Shown here: positions 48,725-56,823 of the stretch, piece by piece
Position numbering within the stretch: position 1 is the first letter of the stretch
Layout of the letters: each line of letters begins with the position of its first letter
NCBI GenBank assembly: GCA_040081595.1
Contig: JBEBGE010000008.1
Span: 9,689 to 73,688, forward strand
DNA from: Devosia sp.
GTDB lineage: Bacteria; Pseudomonadota; Alphaproteobacteria; Rhizobiales; Devosiaceae
DNA: 64,000 bases
Direction of reading: 5' to 3'
Made by a program: the position numbers and the translations under genes
The notes under the pieces: generated by a model
The model's input: only the letters and a program-made list of their open reading frames with translations
Databases searched by the model: none
What the model was told of the DNA's origin: nothing

Positions 48725-49327
48725 TCAACCCCGGAAAGTCGGTGCCCGCGGATGCACAAAGTCGCGATAGGTGTCGGAGGATTTCCATCCCGGCTCGACG
48801 AAATCCTGTGCTGCGACGGGGATATAGGGCGAGGGCTCGACCAGCGCGAGCCTTGGGACATAGCGCGGGCAATTGGGAAAGATCGCCCGTGCCTTGACCC
48901 GCACGATAATCTGGGCGCCGACGGTCTGGCCGAGCAACGGGTCGTCGCTGGAGATTGTCGCGTCGCCGCTGATGCGAAGGCGCCGCGGCACACCATGCAT
49001 GGCGATGAAGAGCAGCCCCACCTTGGGCCAGACGCTCAGATTTCCCAGGCTCCTGAACATTCCATTGCCGTCATAGTCGGGGAAAGCCAGCTCATCGGGT
49101 CCAGTCACGCGGACGAAGCCGGGCGGGCCGCCCTTGAACGAGACGTCGGGCTGACCATCCGGATCGGAGGTGGCGAGAAAGAAGTAGATCGCGCTTTCGA
49201 TGAAGCTTCGGTCGCTGTCGGCAAATTCGCTGCGCGTCAGCTGCTCGAGCCGGTCGGCCATGCGCCGGCTTTGGAACTGCTCCTGCAGCGCCCGGTTACC
49301 GTCGTGATAGAGCAGGGACTGGGTCAT
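48725..49327 (-). CDS. pyridoxamine 5'-phosphate oxidase family (FMN-binding split barrel) protein
   Basis: FFLATSDPDGQPDVSFKGGPPGFVRV block. Confidence 0.7.
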   Translation of the reverse strand: MTQSLLYHDGNRALQEQFQSRRMADRLEQLTRSEFADSDRSFIESAIYFFLATSDPDGQPDVSFKGGPPGFVRVTGPDELAFPDYDGNGMFRSLGNLSVWPKVGLLFIAMHGVPRRLRISGDATISSDDPLLGQTVGAQIIVRVKARAIFPNCPRYVPRLALVEPSPYIPVAAQDFVEPGWKSSDTYRDFVHPRAPTFRG

Positions 49328-49386
49328 CTTCGCCTCCGGTCTCGGAAGGCAGATGCTACACCCGGTCCGGGATCGGGCGAAGAGCC

Positions 49387-50664
49387 TCAGCCGCCGGCGG
49401 CAGGCAGGGTGAGATCGCCCGCGAAACCTTGCTCGGATAGCTTCTTTTCCGGTCGTTCTCGCGGTAACTCAAGCTCTGCCCAGACGCTGATCAGCGCATG
49501 GCGAAGTGCGATGATCATCTCGTCGGTGTGGAGCGGGGTCGGCGTGATCCTGAGCCGTTCCGTGCCACGCGGCACTGTGGGGTAGTTGATCGGCTGGATA
49601 TAGATGCCGTGCTTGTCGAGCAGCAGGTCGCTCGCTGCCTTGCAGGCCCGGGCATCCCCCACCAGCACCGGGACGATATGGGTCTCGGTCATCACCACGG
49701 GCAGGCCGGCACCCGCGAGGATTTCCTTGGTCAGCTGCGCCTGGCGGCGATGCTGGTCGCGTTCGGCCTGCGAAGTCTTGAGGTGTTCGATCGACGCCCG
49801 CGCCGCCGCGCAGAGCGCCGGGGGCAGGGCGGTAGTAAAGATGAACTCGGGCGCATAGGAGCGCACGGCATCCACGATGGCGCGGTTGGCCGCGATATAG
49901 CCGCCCATCACACCGAAGCCTTTGGCGAGCGTGCCCTCGATGATGTCGATCCGCTCCATCAGCCCTTCGCGCTCGGCAATGCCGCCGCCGCGGGGGCCAT
50001 ACATGCCGACAGCATGGACTTCATCGATATAGGTGAGTGCCGCGAACTCCTCGGCGAGATCGCAGATCTCCCCGATCGGCGCCACATCCCCATCCATCGA
50101 ATAGACGGACTCAAAGCAGATGAGCTTGGGACGCTTGCGGTCGACGGCGGAAAGCAGTTCGCGCAGATGCGCCATGTCGTTGTGGCGGAAGATCTGTTTC
50201 TGCATCCCCGACTGGCGCACGCCCTGGATCATCGAGGCGTGATTGAGCTGGTCGGAGAAGATCACACAATCGGGAAGGAGCCGCGCGATAGTGGCGATGG
50301 CCGCTTCGTTGGAGACGAACCCCGAGGTGAAGACCAGTGCACCTTCCTTGCGATGGAGATCGGCAAGCGAGCGTTCGAGTTCGACCAGCGGACGATTGGT
50401 GCCCGAAATGTTGCGCGTACCGCCGGCGCCGACGCCGAGCTTTCCAGCGGTTTCCTGCATGGCGGCGATGGTTACCGGATGCTGGCCCATGCCCAGGTAA
50501 TCGTTGGAGCACCAGATGGTGATCTCGCGCGCATTGTCGGCGGCGTCGCGATAGAGCGCCCGCGGGAAGCGCCCGGCGATTCGCTCGAGATCGGCAAAGA
50601 CGCGGTAACGCTTCTCCTGCCGGAGTGCGTCGACGGCGTCTTCGAATATTCCGCGATAGTCCAT
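49387..50664 (-). CDS. hemA: 5-aminolevulinate synthase
   Basis: [24 protein letters not shown] (PLP-Lys region), [10 protein letters not shown]. Start at 50664 (MDYRG) or 50694. Confidence 0.9.
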   Translation of the reverse strand: MDYRGIFEDAVDALRQEKRYRVFADLERIAGRFPRALYRDAADNAREITIWCSNDYLGMGQHPVTIAAMQETAGKLGVGAGGTRNISGTNRPLVELERSLADLHRKEGALVFTSGFVSNEAAIATIARLLPDCVIFSDQLNHASMIQGVRQSGMQKQIFRHNDMAHLRELLSAVDRKRPKLICFESVYSMDGDVAPIGEICDLAEEFAALTYIDEVHAVGMYGPRGGGIAEREGLMERIDIIEGTLAKGFGVMGGYIAANRAIVDAVRSYAPEFIFTTALPPALCAAARASIEHLKTSQAERDQHRRQAQLTKEILAGAGLPVVMTETHIVPVLVGDARACKAASDLLLDKHGIYIQPINYPTVPRGTERLRITPTPLHTDEMIIALRHALISVWAELELPRERPEKKLSEQGFAGDLTLPAAGG

Positions 50665-50721
50665 GTCCGGTCTCGTGCTGTGGCCCTGAGGCATGGGGAC
50701 AATAGGCCCGGCCCCGCGGTC

Positions 50722-50735
50722 TTGATATTGGTCAA
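50722..50735 (-). promoter_or_regulatory. FNR/FixK-type anaerobox upstream of hemA
   Basis: Minus strand: TTGAC-caat-ATCAA (9 of 10 to TTGAT-N4-ATCAA), then 17 nt, then TATTGT. Confidence 0.45.
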
Positions 50736-50891
50736 TTCGCCGCTATGGGTATCGCTAAGTCCCTGAGGTCCAAGCATTCTGTGTTTTCAGCTTCGAGCCA
50801 TTCTAAGCTGGACTCCTCTGGCCCGCCAACATTGATTGCCGCCCGGCCACGCCGCCGCTAGCATTGATTGGGGCACCGTGGAGATGGAAGA

Positions 50892-52130
50892 ATGCCGGTT
50901 CCGACCGGGCGCGGCGACCCGACTGCCAGCTTCACCGACATGCAGTGGTACATGTACCACCAGCGCAACGTCGCTTTCTTCGCGGCCTTCACCGCCAGGC
51001 CCCTGAGCGACGCTGATCTGCTCTTGATGGTCGAGGAATTCGTCGCGCTGACCCCGCAGGTCCGGCAAGGCTACGACGACCCAAGTCCCGGCGCGCCCCT
51101 GCCGGCGGCGCTGCTCAAGCGGCTCATCCATCGACAAAGCGTACCGACCCTGGCGGGCTTTCCCGATCGTTGGGTGGATGACGGAGCCGCGGTATTTTCC
51201 GATCCGGCGCTTCCGCTATTCCGTGTCCGCTACGCCGAGGCCGAGACCGCAGATGCGAATGACCATGTCGGCTTCCTCATCGTCCAGGTCGCCCATGCCC
51301 TGGTGGAAGGCGCAGATTCGGCGTTGCTCAGCCGATCGCAGTCGGCGGCTCACCCGGTGACGACGAGTCCGTACCGCGCCGAACCGCTGGTCAGGGCCGC
51401 GGCGGTTGCGATGGGCGCGGTTCTCGCGGCGCTGCACCTGCTTGCCGGCAATCTCTATGCGCCTCACCCGGGCCCGTTTCGGTACGCCTCGCGGGTGGTG
51501 CCGAGGCACACGATTACGGTGATGGCGCGCGAGCTGGGCGTCAGGCAGCGGGCGCTGCTCTTTGGACTGGTGATGGAGACGCTGTTCGGCGCGGCCTCTG
51601 GGAGGCGACGAAAGCTCACGACAACCTACTCGGTGATCGACGACGGCGGTGGTGCAAGTCGCGACAGCTTCATGCGGATGCGCATGCGCTTTGCCAGCTT
51701 CGCGGGTGCGGAGGGCTTTGTGGCCTTCGCCCGCGCTGTGGACGCGCAATTGAGTGCGGCAGAGGTCCGTGAAAGCGGTTTCAACGACGAAATCAATGCC
51801 GAGGGCATTCGCAACCACCGCCGGTGGCGGCGGCGGGTGCCCGGCCTCTATCGACCGAGACTGTTCGCTTTCATGCCCTATGACCTGGTGCTGGGGCTGA
51901 TCCCGCCGCACCGGCTCGGAGGCGGCCTGACGGCCCATCTGCGCGAGCCGGTCTTTGCCGGCGCATCGCTCGAGGGCGCCAATGCCTGCGTGATCGTTCC
52001 CGGCCGCGACGTGGTTACCTTTAACTTTTACATTCAGGATCAGCTCTTAAGCCGGATCCCCCGGCTCGATGAGCTGTTGAGGGCCCCGGTCCAGTCATCT
52101 GACGTTCATCTGACAATGGCTAACCCCTAG
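50892..52130 (+). CDS. uncharacterised protein, WS/DGAT- or condensation-like acyltransferase candidate (paralog A)
   Basis: VQVAHALVEGADSALLSRSQSAAH motif after a hydrophobic strand. Paralogous to the next gene. ATG 8 nt after GGAG. Confidence 0.6.
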   Translation: MPVPTGRGDPTASFTDMQWYMYHQRNVAFFAAFTARPLSDADLLLMVEEFVALTPQVRQGYDDPSPGAPLPAALLKRLIHRQSVPTLAGFPDRWVDDGAAVFSDPALPLFRVRYAEAETADANDHVGFLIVQVAHALVEGADSALLSRSQSAAHPVTTSPYRAEPLVRAAAVAMGAVLAALHLLAGNLYAPHPGPFRYASRVVPRHTITVMARELGVRQRALLFGLVMETLFGAASGRRRKLTTTYSVIDDGGGASRDSFMRMRMRFASFAGAEGFVAFARAVDAQLSAAEVRESGFNDEINAEGIRNHRRWRRRVPGLYRPRLFAFMPYDLVLGLIPPHRLGGGLTAHLREPVFAGASLEGANACVIVPGRDVVTFNFYIQDQLLSRIPRLDELLRAPVQSSDVHLTMANP

Positions 52131-52246
52131 AGCTACTGAGGCATTTCGGCCACGCGTTAACGCCGTCTGGGCGGTTGTGTTGACCCGAAACGCACAGGCG
52201 TTACTATTCCTGTTAATAACTGGGTAAGGCTGTTGGGAGACGCGTT

Positions 52247-53572
52247 GTGAAGAGTTTTTCGACCTCGAGTTTTGCCAGCGATCATACGGAAGTGCTTGAC
52301 CGGGCCCTGGCGGCCGTCAACGAACATCCGCAGGCGCTGTTCACTAACTTCCAGTGGTTTCTCTACGAAGCCCGCGACACCGTATTCTATACTGCCTTCT
52401 CGAAGCAGAGCTTTGACAAGGATTCGATTGGCAACCTGGTCGCCGAAATGGTGGCGCTGGCGCCGCAGCTGACACACGGCTTTGTCGGCGCCCGCCCCGG
52501 CCAGCCCTTTCCCAAGCACATTCTGGATGCCATCACCTCGGTCGAAATGGTCGATAGTTTCGACGGCTATCCCGACAAGTGGCTGACCAAGTCCCAGGAC
52601 ATCTTCGCCCAGGACGACCTGCCGCTGTTCCGCGTCATGGCCGCCGTCCGCAAGGGCGGGCCCGATGCCGAAGGTCGCGCCTCCGTCATCCAGATCCGGT
52701 CAAGCCACGCGCTGCTCGAAGGTTCGGACTCGGCCTTGCTGACCCGTTCGCAATCTGCGGCCCATGGCATCATGTCCGACAAGACCAACAAGGTCGATCT
52801 CTGGACCCGCCTCAAATCCGGTTTCCGCGGCTGGTCACTGACGCTCGTTTACGTGCTTCTCGGCAATCTGCTGGCGACCAAGGAAACCGCATGGGGCTTC
52901 AAGACCCTCGCGATCAAGCGCCACCGGCTGCGCCTGCTTGCCAATCGCCTCGGCGTCCGCCAGCGTTCGCTCTATTTCGCTCTCGTAACCCACGCGCTCA
53001 ATGGCGAGGGCCCCGACAAGCATATGAGCAAGAATGTCATCGGCGCCGCCTACACAATGCTGGACGGCAAGCGGAACGACACGGATGACGAGTTCTTCCG
53101 GGTCCGCGCGCTCGAGGCCAAGTTCAAGGTTTCCGATGATTTCGTGACCTTCGTTCGCGAGGTCGACGACACCGTCGACAAGATCGAGTCCAAGGACATC
53201 ACCAAGTTCCAGGTGACCGTCAACGCCATGTTCCGCACGTTGCGCGGACTCAACAAGGCGCTGCCGTTCCTTCCCGGCCGCCGCTTCTGGCGCTTCAACA
53301 ATTTCGTCCACGTCGTCCTGACGCTGGTCCCGCCACACCGCGCATACGGGCCGATGGCGCATGGTCTGGTGGAGCCGATCTATTGCGGTGCCTGGCACCC
53401 GGCCGCCAATATCTGTACCTTCTGCCCGGGCCGCGATTACGTGACGTTTAACTTCACCATGGAAGAGCGCCACATCGCCAATGTCGACAAAATCACCGCT
53501 CTGCTGGAGCGGATCGAGGCGACGCATATTCCGCACCGCGACAAACTGATCCTCGAGGAAGAAGCCGCCTAG
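52247..53572 (+). CDS. uncharacterised protein, WS/DGAT- or condensation-like acyltransferase candidate (paralog B)
   Basis: IRSSHALLEGSDSALLTRSQSAAH. Shares LPLFRV, LGVRQR, PPHR, PGRDxVTFNF with paralog A. GTG 6 nt after GGAGA. Confidence 0.65.
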   Translation: MKSFSTSSFASDHTEVLDRALAAVNEHPQALFTNFQWFLYEARDTVFYTAFSKQSFDKDSIGNLVAEMVALAPQLTHGFVGARPGQPFPKHILDAITSVEMVDSFDGYPDKWLTKSQDIFAQDDLPLFRVMAAVRKGGPDAEGRASVIQIRSSHALLEGSDSALLTRSQSAAHGIMSDKTNKVDLWTRLKSGFRGWSLTLVYVLLGNLLATKETAWGFKTLAIKRHRLRLLANRLGVRQRSLYFALVTHALNGEGPDKHMSKNVIGAAYTMLDGKRNDTDDEFFRVRALEAKFKVSDDFVTFVREVDDTVDKIESKDITKFQVTVNAMFRTLRGLNKALPFLPGRRFWRFNNFVHVVLTLVPPHRAYGPMAHGLVEPIYCGAWHPAANICTFCPGRDYVTFNFTMEERHIANVDKITALLERIEATHIPHRDKLILEEEAA

Positions 53573-53596
53573 GCTTTCTTCCCCGCGGCCGCGTTC

Positions 53597-53628
53597 AGCC
53601 CCGCTGGCCATGCCGGCGGGGTTTCTCG
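53597..53628 (+). terminator. intrinsic terminator after paralog B
   Basis: AGCCCCGC-(loop)-GCGGGGTT followed by tctcgtt. Confidence 0.45.
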
Positions 53629-53685
53629 TTGGCCTTGCCGGGTCCGAACGCCCCCGCTAAGACAGCCACGCTTGCGGAGGACCCA

Positions 53686-54462
53686 ATGAGCCAATCGAGT
53701 TTTGCGCGCTATCCCAGCCTCGACGGCATGCCCGTCGTCATTTCCGGTGGGGCGTCCGGCATCGGCGAAGGCATCGTGCGGGCTTTCGCGGCGCAGGGCA
53801 GCAAAGTCGGTTTCGTCGATGTCGCCGCCGCGCAGGGAAACAAGGTCGCCGCCGAACTCACCGCCTGCGGTCATTCAGTCAGGTTCACCACCTGCGACAT
53901 CACCGACGCGGCAGCCTACCAGTCCGCAATCAAGGGCTTCGAGGCCGCGCATGGCCCCGCCCTCGCACTCGTCAACAACGCCGCCAACGATACCCGCATC
54001 GCCTGGAACGAAGTGACGCCCGAGAGCTGGGACAACGCGATCGCCGTCAACCTCAAGCATTCCTTTTTCGCCGCCCAGGCCGTCCTTCCCGGCATGATCG
54101 CGGCCAAGAAGGGATCGATCATCAATTTCGGCTCGATCAGCTGGATGATCCTGGTTGGCAACCTCACGGCCTACACCGCTTCCAAGGCGGCCATGCACGG
54201 CATGTCGCGCTCGCTTGCGCGCGACGTCGGCAAGCACGGTGTTCGCGTCAATACCCTGGTCCCCGGTTGGATCATGACCGAGCGGCAATTGACCAAATGG
54301 GTTGGCGACGCCGAGAACAAGCTGATCGATGAACAGCAGGCACTCGGCGGTCGCCTCTACCCCGCCGATGTCGCCCGTATGGCGCTGTTCCTTGCCGCAG
54401 ACGACAGCCAGATGATCTCGGCTCAGGACTTTGTCGTCGATGGCGGCTGGGCCCACGGCTAG
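53686..54462 (+). CDS. SDR family oxidoreductase
   Basis: VVISGGASGIGEG, NNAA, YTASKAA catalytic motif. Confidence 0.85.
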   Translation: MSQSSFARYPSLDGMPVVISGGASGIGEGIVRAFAAQGSKVGFVDVAAAQGNKVAAELTACGHSVRFTTCDITDAAAYQSAIKGFEAAHGPALALVNNAANDTRIAWNEVTPESWDNAIAVNLKHSFFAAQAVLPGMIAAKKGSIINFGSISWMILVGNLTAYTASKAAMHGMSRSLARDVGKHGVRVNTLVPGWIMTERQLTKWVGDAENKLIDEQQALGGRLYPADVARMALFLAADDSQMISAQDFVVDGGWAHG

Positions 54463-54544
54463 CGCGTCGCGCCAGCAAAGCCTGCAATCACCTTGCTGCC
54501 GTATTCGCGCGGCAAAAGGGCCGCAACATCTCAGGGGTTCGCCA

Positions 54545-55213
54545 ATGAAATCCTCACTTCTCGTTGCCGGTCTCGCCGTGCTGTCACTCAGCGCCTGCAC
54601 AACCATGAACGCCTTCACTGGTGACACCCAGCTTTCAAAGACCACAGGGGGCGCCCTGATCGGCGCCGGCACCGGCGCGGTTGTCGGCGGCATGATCGGT
54701 GCCGCGACCGGCAAGGACCCGCGCATCGCGGCGCTGATTGGCGCCGGCATCGGCGGGCTGACCGGGGCGGGTATCGGCAAATATATGGACCAGCAGGAAG
54801 CCGAGCTCCGCGCCCAGCTTCAGGGGAGCGGCGTGTCGGTGTCGCGAGTCGGCAACCAGATCATTCTCAACATGCCGTCCAACATCACCTTTGCGGTCGA
54901 TTCCGCGACCGTGCAGCCACAGTTCAGCGACACTCTCAATGCAGTTGGCCTCGTGCTCAAGAAGTTCAACAAGACCATCATCGACGTCTACGGCCACACC
55001 GACAACACGGGTTCGGACGCCTACAATCTCGACCTCAGCCAGAAGCGCGCCGTCTCGGTGGCAGCGATTCTTGCGGCGCAGGGCATCGACCAGCGCCGCT
55101 TCTACGTTACCGGCAAGGGCGAGGCCGAGCCTATTGCCTCGAACGCCAACGAGACCGGCCGCGCCCAGAACCGCCGCGTCGAGATCCAGATCTCGCCGAT
55201 CGAAGCGAGCTGA
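54545..55213 (+). CDS. OmpA-family lipoprotein with a glycine-zipper segment
   Basis: Lipobox LSLSAC, GALIGAGTGAVVGGMIGAATG, OmpA_C (GHTDNTGSDAYNLDLSQKRA, NRRVEI). Confidence 0.8.
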   Translation: MKSSLLVAGLAVLSLSACTTMNAFTGDTQLSKTTGGALIGAGTGAVVGGMIGAATGKDPRIAALIGAGIGGLTGAGIGKYMDQQEAELRAQLQGSGVSVSRVGNQIILNMPSNITFAVDSATVQPQFSDTLNAVGLVLKKFNKTIIDVYGHTDNTGSDAYNLDLSQKRAVSVAAILAAQGIDQRRFYVTGKGEAEPIASNANETGRAQNRRVEIQISPIEAS

Positions 55214-55223
55214 GGTCGGTCCA

Positions 55224-55493
55224 TCAGGCGTCGATCACCGGCGGCACCGAACTTGCCCCGGGCCGGCAGATTTCGCAGCGGCGCAGATCAAAAACCGGAA
55301 AGTTGCGTCCAGCCAGAGTCTCCGCGCTGGCGAGGCTCGCGATGGGCCCGACCAGTCTGGTGGAGGCCTCGCCACCGGCGCGGGCCGCCCTGCCAAGATG
55401 ATCGCCGAGTTGGCGGCAGGACTTGAGGTGCAGTTTGACGGTTCGGCTGCGCGGGTCGGCAAACAAATAGTACTGGTTTACGGCCCGACCCAT
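55224..55493 (-). CDS. small hypothetical protein with an H-x3-C ... C-x2-C pattern
   Basis: VKLHLKSC ... RRCEICRPG. Weak call, no SD evident. Confidence 0.3.
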   Translation of the reverse strand: MGRAVNQYYLFADPRSRTVKLHLKSCRQLGDHLGRAARAGGEASTRLVGPIASLASAETLAGRNFPVFDLRRCEICRPGASSVPPVIDA

Positions 55494-55616
55494 GAACGCG
55501 ACCCCACGTGACCAAAGCCTGGGGGCACCTGCCCGGCCTTGACCGATGGGGCGCGATAGCCGCCTTTGCTGACGTGAGGCTGACGAGGCGGCGGGTACCT
55601 GCTCCCAGCGCAAGCT

Positions 55617-56372
55617 CTATTGCGCCGCGATCCGCAACGCTTCGAGGTCGCTTGTATCGGCTGGCAGGCCGGCAACGCCCCCTAGGCTGGGACAGAGCAG
55701 ATCGTTGGCCCATTCGGACTGTGGAATCCGCAGTGAGCGTAGTGCTTCCTCGATGATTTCTCCGTAACGGAGGTCACCGTGTTGCCGACCGGTGTGGAGC
55801 GTGTGGGCGTGAGGGCGGCCGACCACGCGTGGGCGGCCAACGAAGTCGGCGATCCTGTGGGGTGCTTCCGCATCGCGGACATAGTTGATGACGAGAAGAT
55901 CCTGGGGGCGATCGCGGAAATAGCGAAGCACCGAGGCGTGGTGGTGATTTCGCTGCTTGATCCATTCCTTGGCGGCAAGCCGGGGCGTCTGCCAGTAGTC
56001 CATGTGAGGATCGCCGCCCCGCGCCCGTTCGATCTCAACGTGTGCCAGCCGGCTGTCGAGCCACTCGCTCAAGTCGCGCGTATTGAGAATGAAGCGCGAT
56101 TTGGCGAAGCGGCGATCGAGCGTGACGAAATTGTCGGGCGGACCATCCGTGAACCCTTGATAGCGCCAATGGTAAAAGAGGCTGTCGGTGTCGCGCCAGA
56201 AGATGTCGTGCGCGGTGAACAGTCCACAGGCACTCAGCACCTCCGCGATCGATGTGGTTGCCGTCTTGTTGAAGCCGATGGCGAAGACTTTTCGGTAGTC
56301 CGGATCCAGCCCCAGCTTGGCAAAAAGCGTCCGCCGGAAGTTCTTTCGCCTGGCGCGTGAATACCTGCCCAA
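55617..56372 (-). CDS. sulfotransferase family protein (orphan)
   Basis: PAPS-binding-like loops GFNKTATTS and NTRDLSEWLDS. About 250 aa. Confidence 0.6.
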   Translation of the reverse strand: MGRYSRARRKNFRRTLFAKLGLDPDYRKVFAIGFNKTATTSIAEVLSACGLFTAHDIFWRDTDSLFYHWRYQGFTDGPPDNFVTLDRRFAKSRFILNTRDLSEWLDSRLAHVEIERARGGDPHMDYWQTPRLAAKEWIKQRNHHHASVLRYFRDRPQDLLVINYVRDAEAPHRIADFVGRPRVVGRPHAHTLHTGRQHGDLRYGEIIEEALRSLRIPQSEWANDLLCPSLGGVAGLPADTSDLEALRIAAQ

Positions 56373-56823
56373 CCCGCAACCCCATAGCGCCCACCGCGAC
56401 GCGCTGCGCGCATCAGACCAGAGGCCAAGAATCTTTCCAGAGCTATTCCGCCGGGTTCACGGAATAGTTCTCGCAGGCGAGGCTGCACCTGCAGGTCTGC
56501 ATACGATCAGTTGTAGGAAAAGCCAGGGGTGATGGTGCTGCAAGAGAGGATTGAATTTTCGTCTATTCAGCAAAATCAATGAGTTACGAAGCGAATTGTA
56601 ACGCTGTAACGGGATAACAAATGGGTGCGGTTCTTCTCGTTTCGCGCACGGGCTCCCAGGTCCGACACATGGGGTCGTTGCGGATGCGCACTCATCCCGT
56701 CATTGTGGCTTGGCCCCTCTGCAAAGGCGAAGCATTTCGGCATGAATCAAAGCGTTCCGTTCTAAAGCCCCTTACGCCGCAACTCGAGGTTCGATGACAG
56801 TCCGCTACACGACCCAGCGGTCC

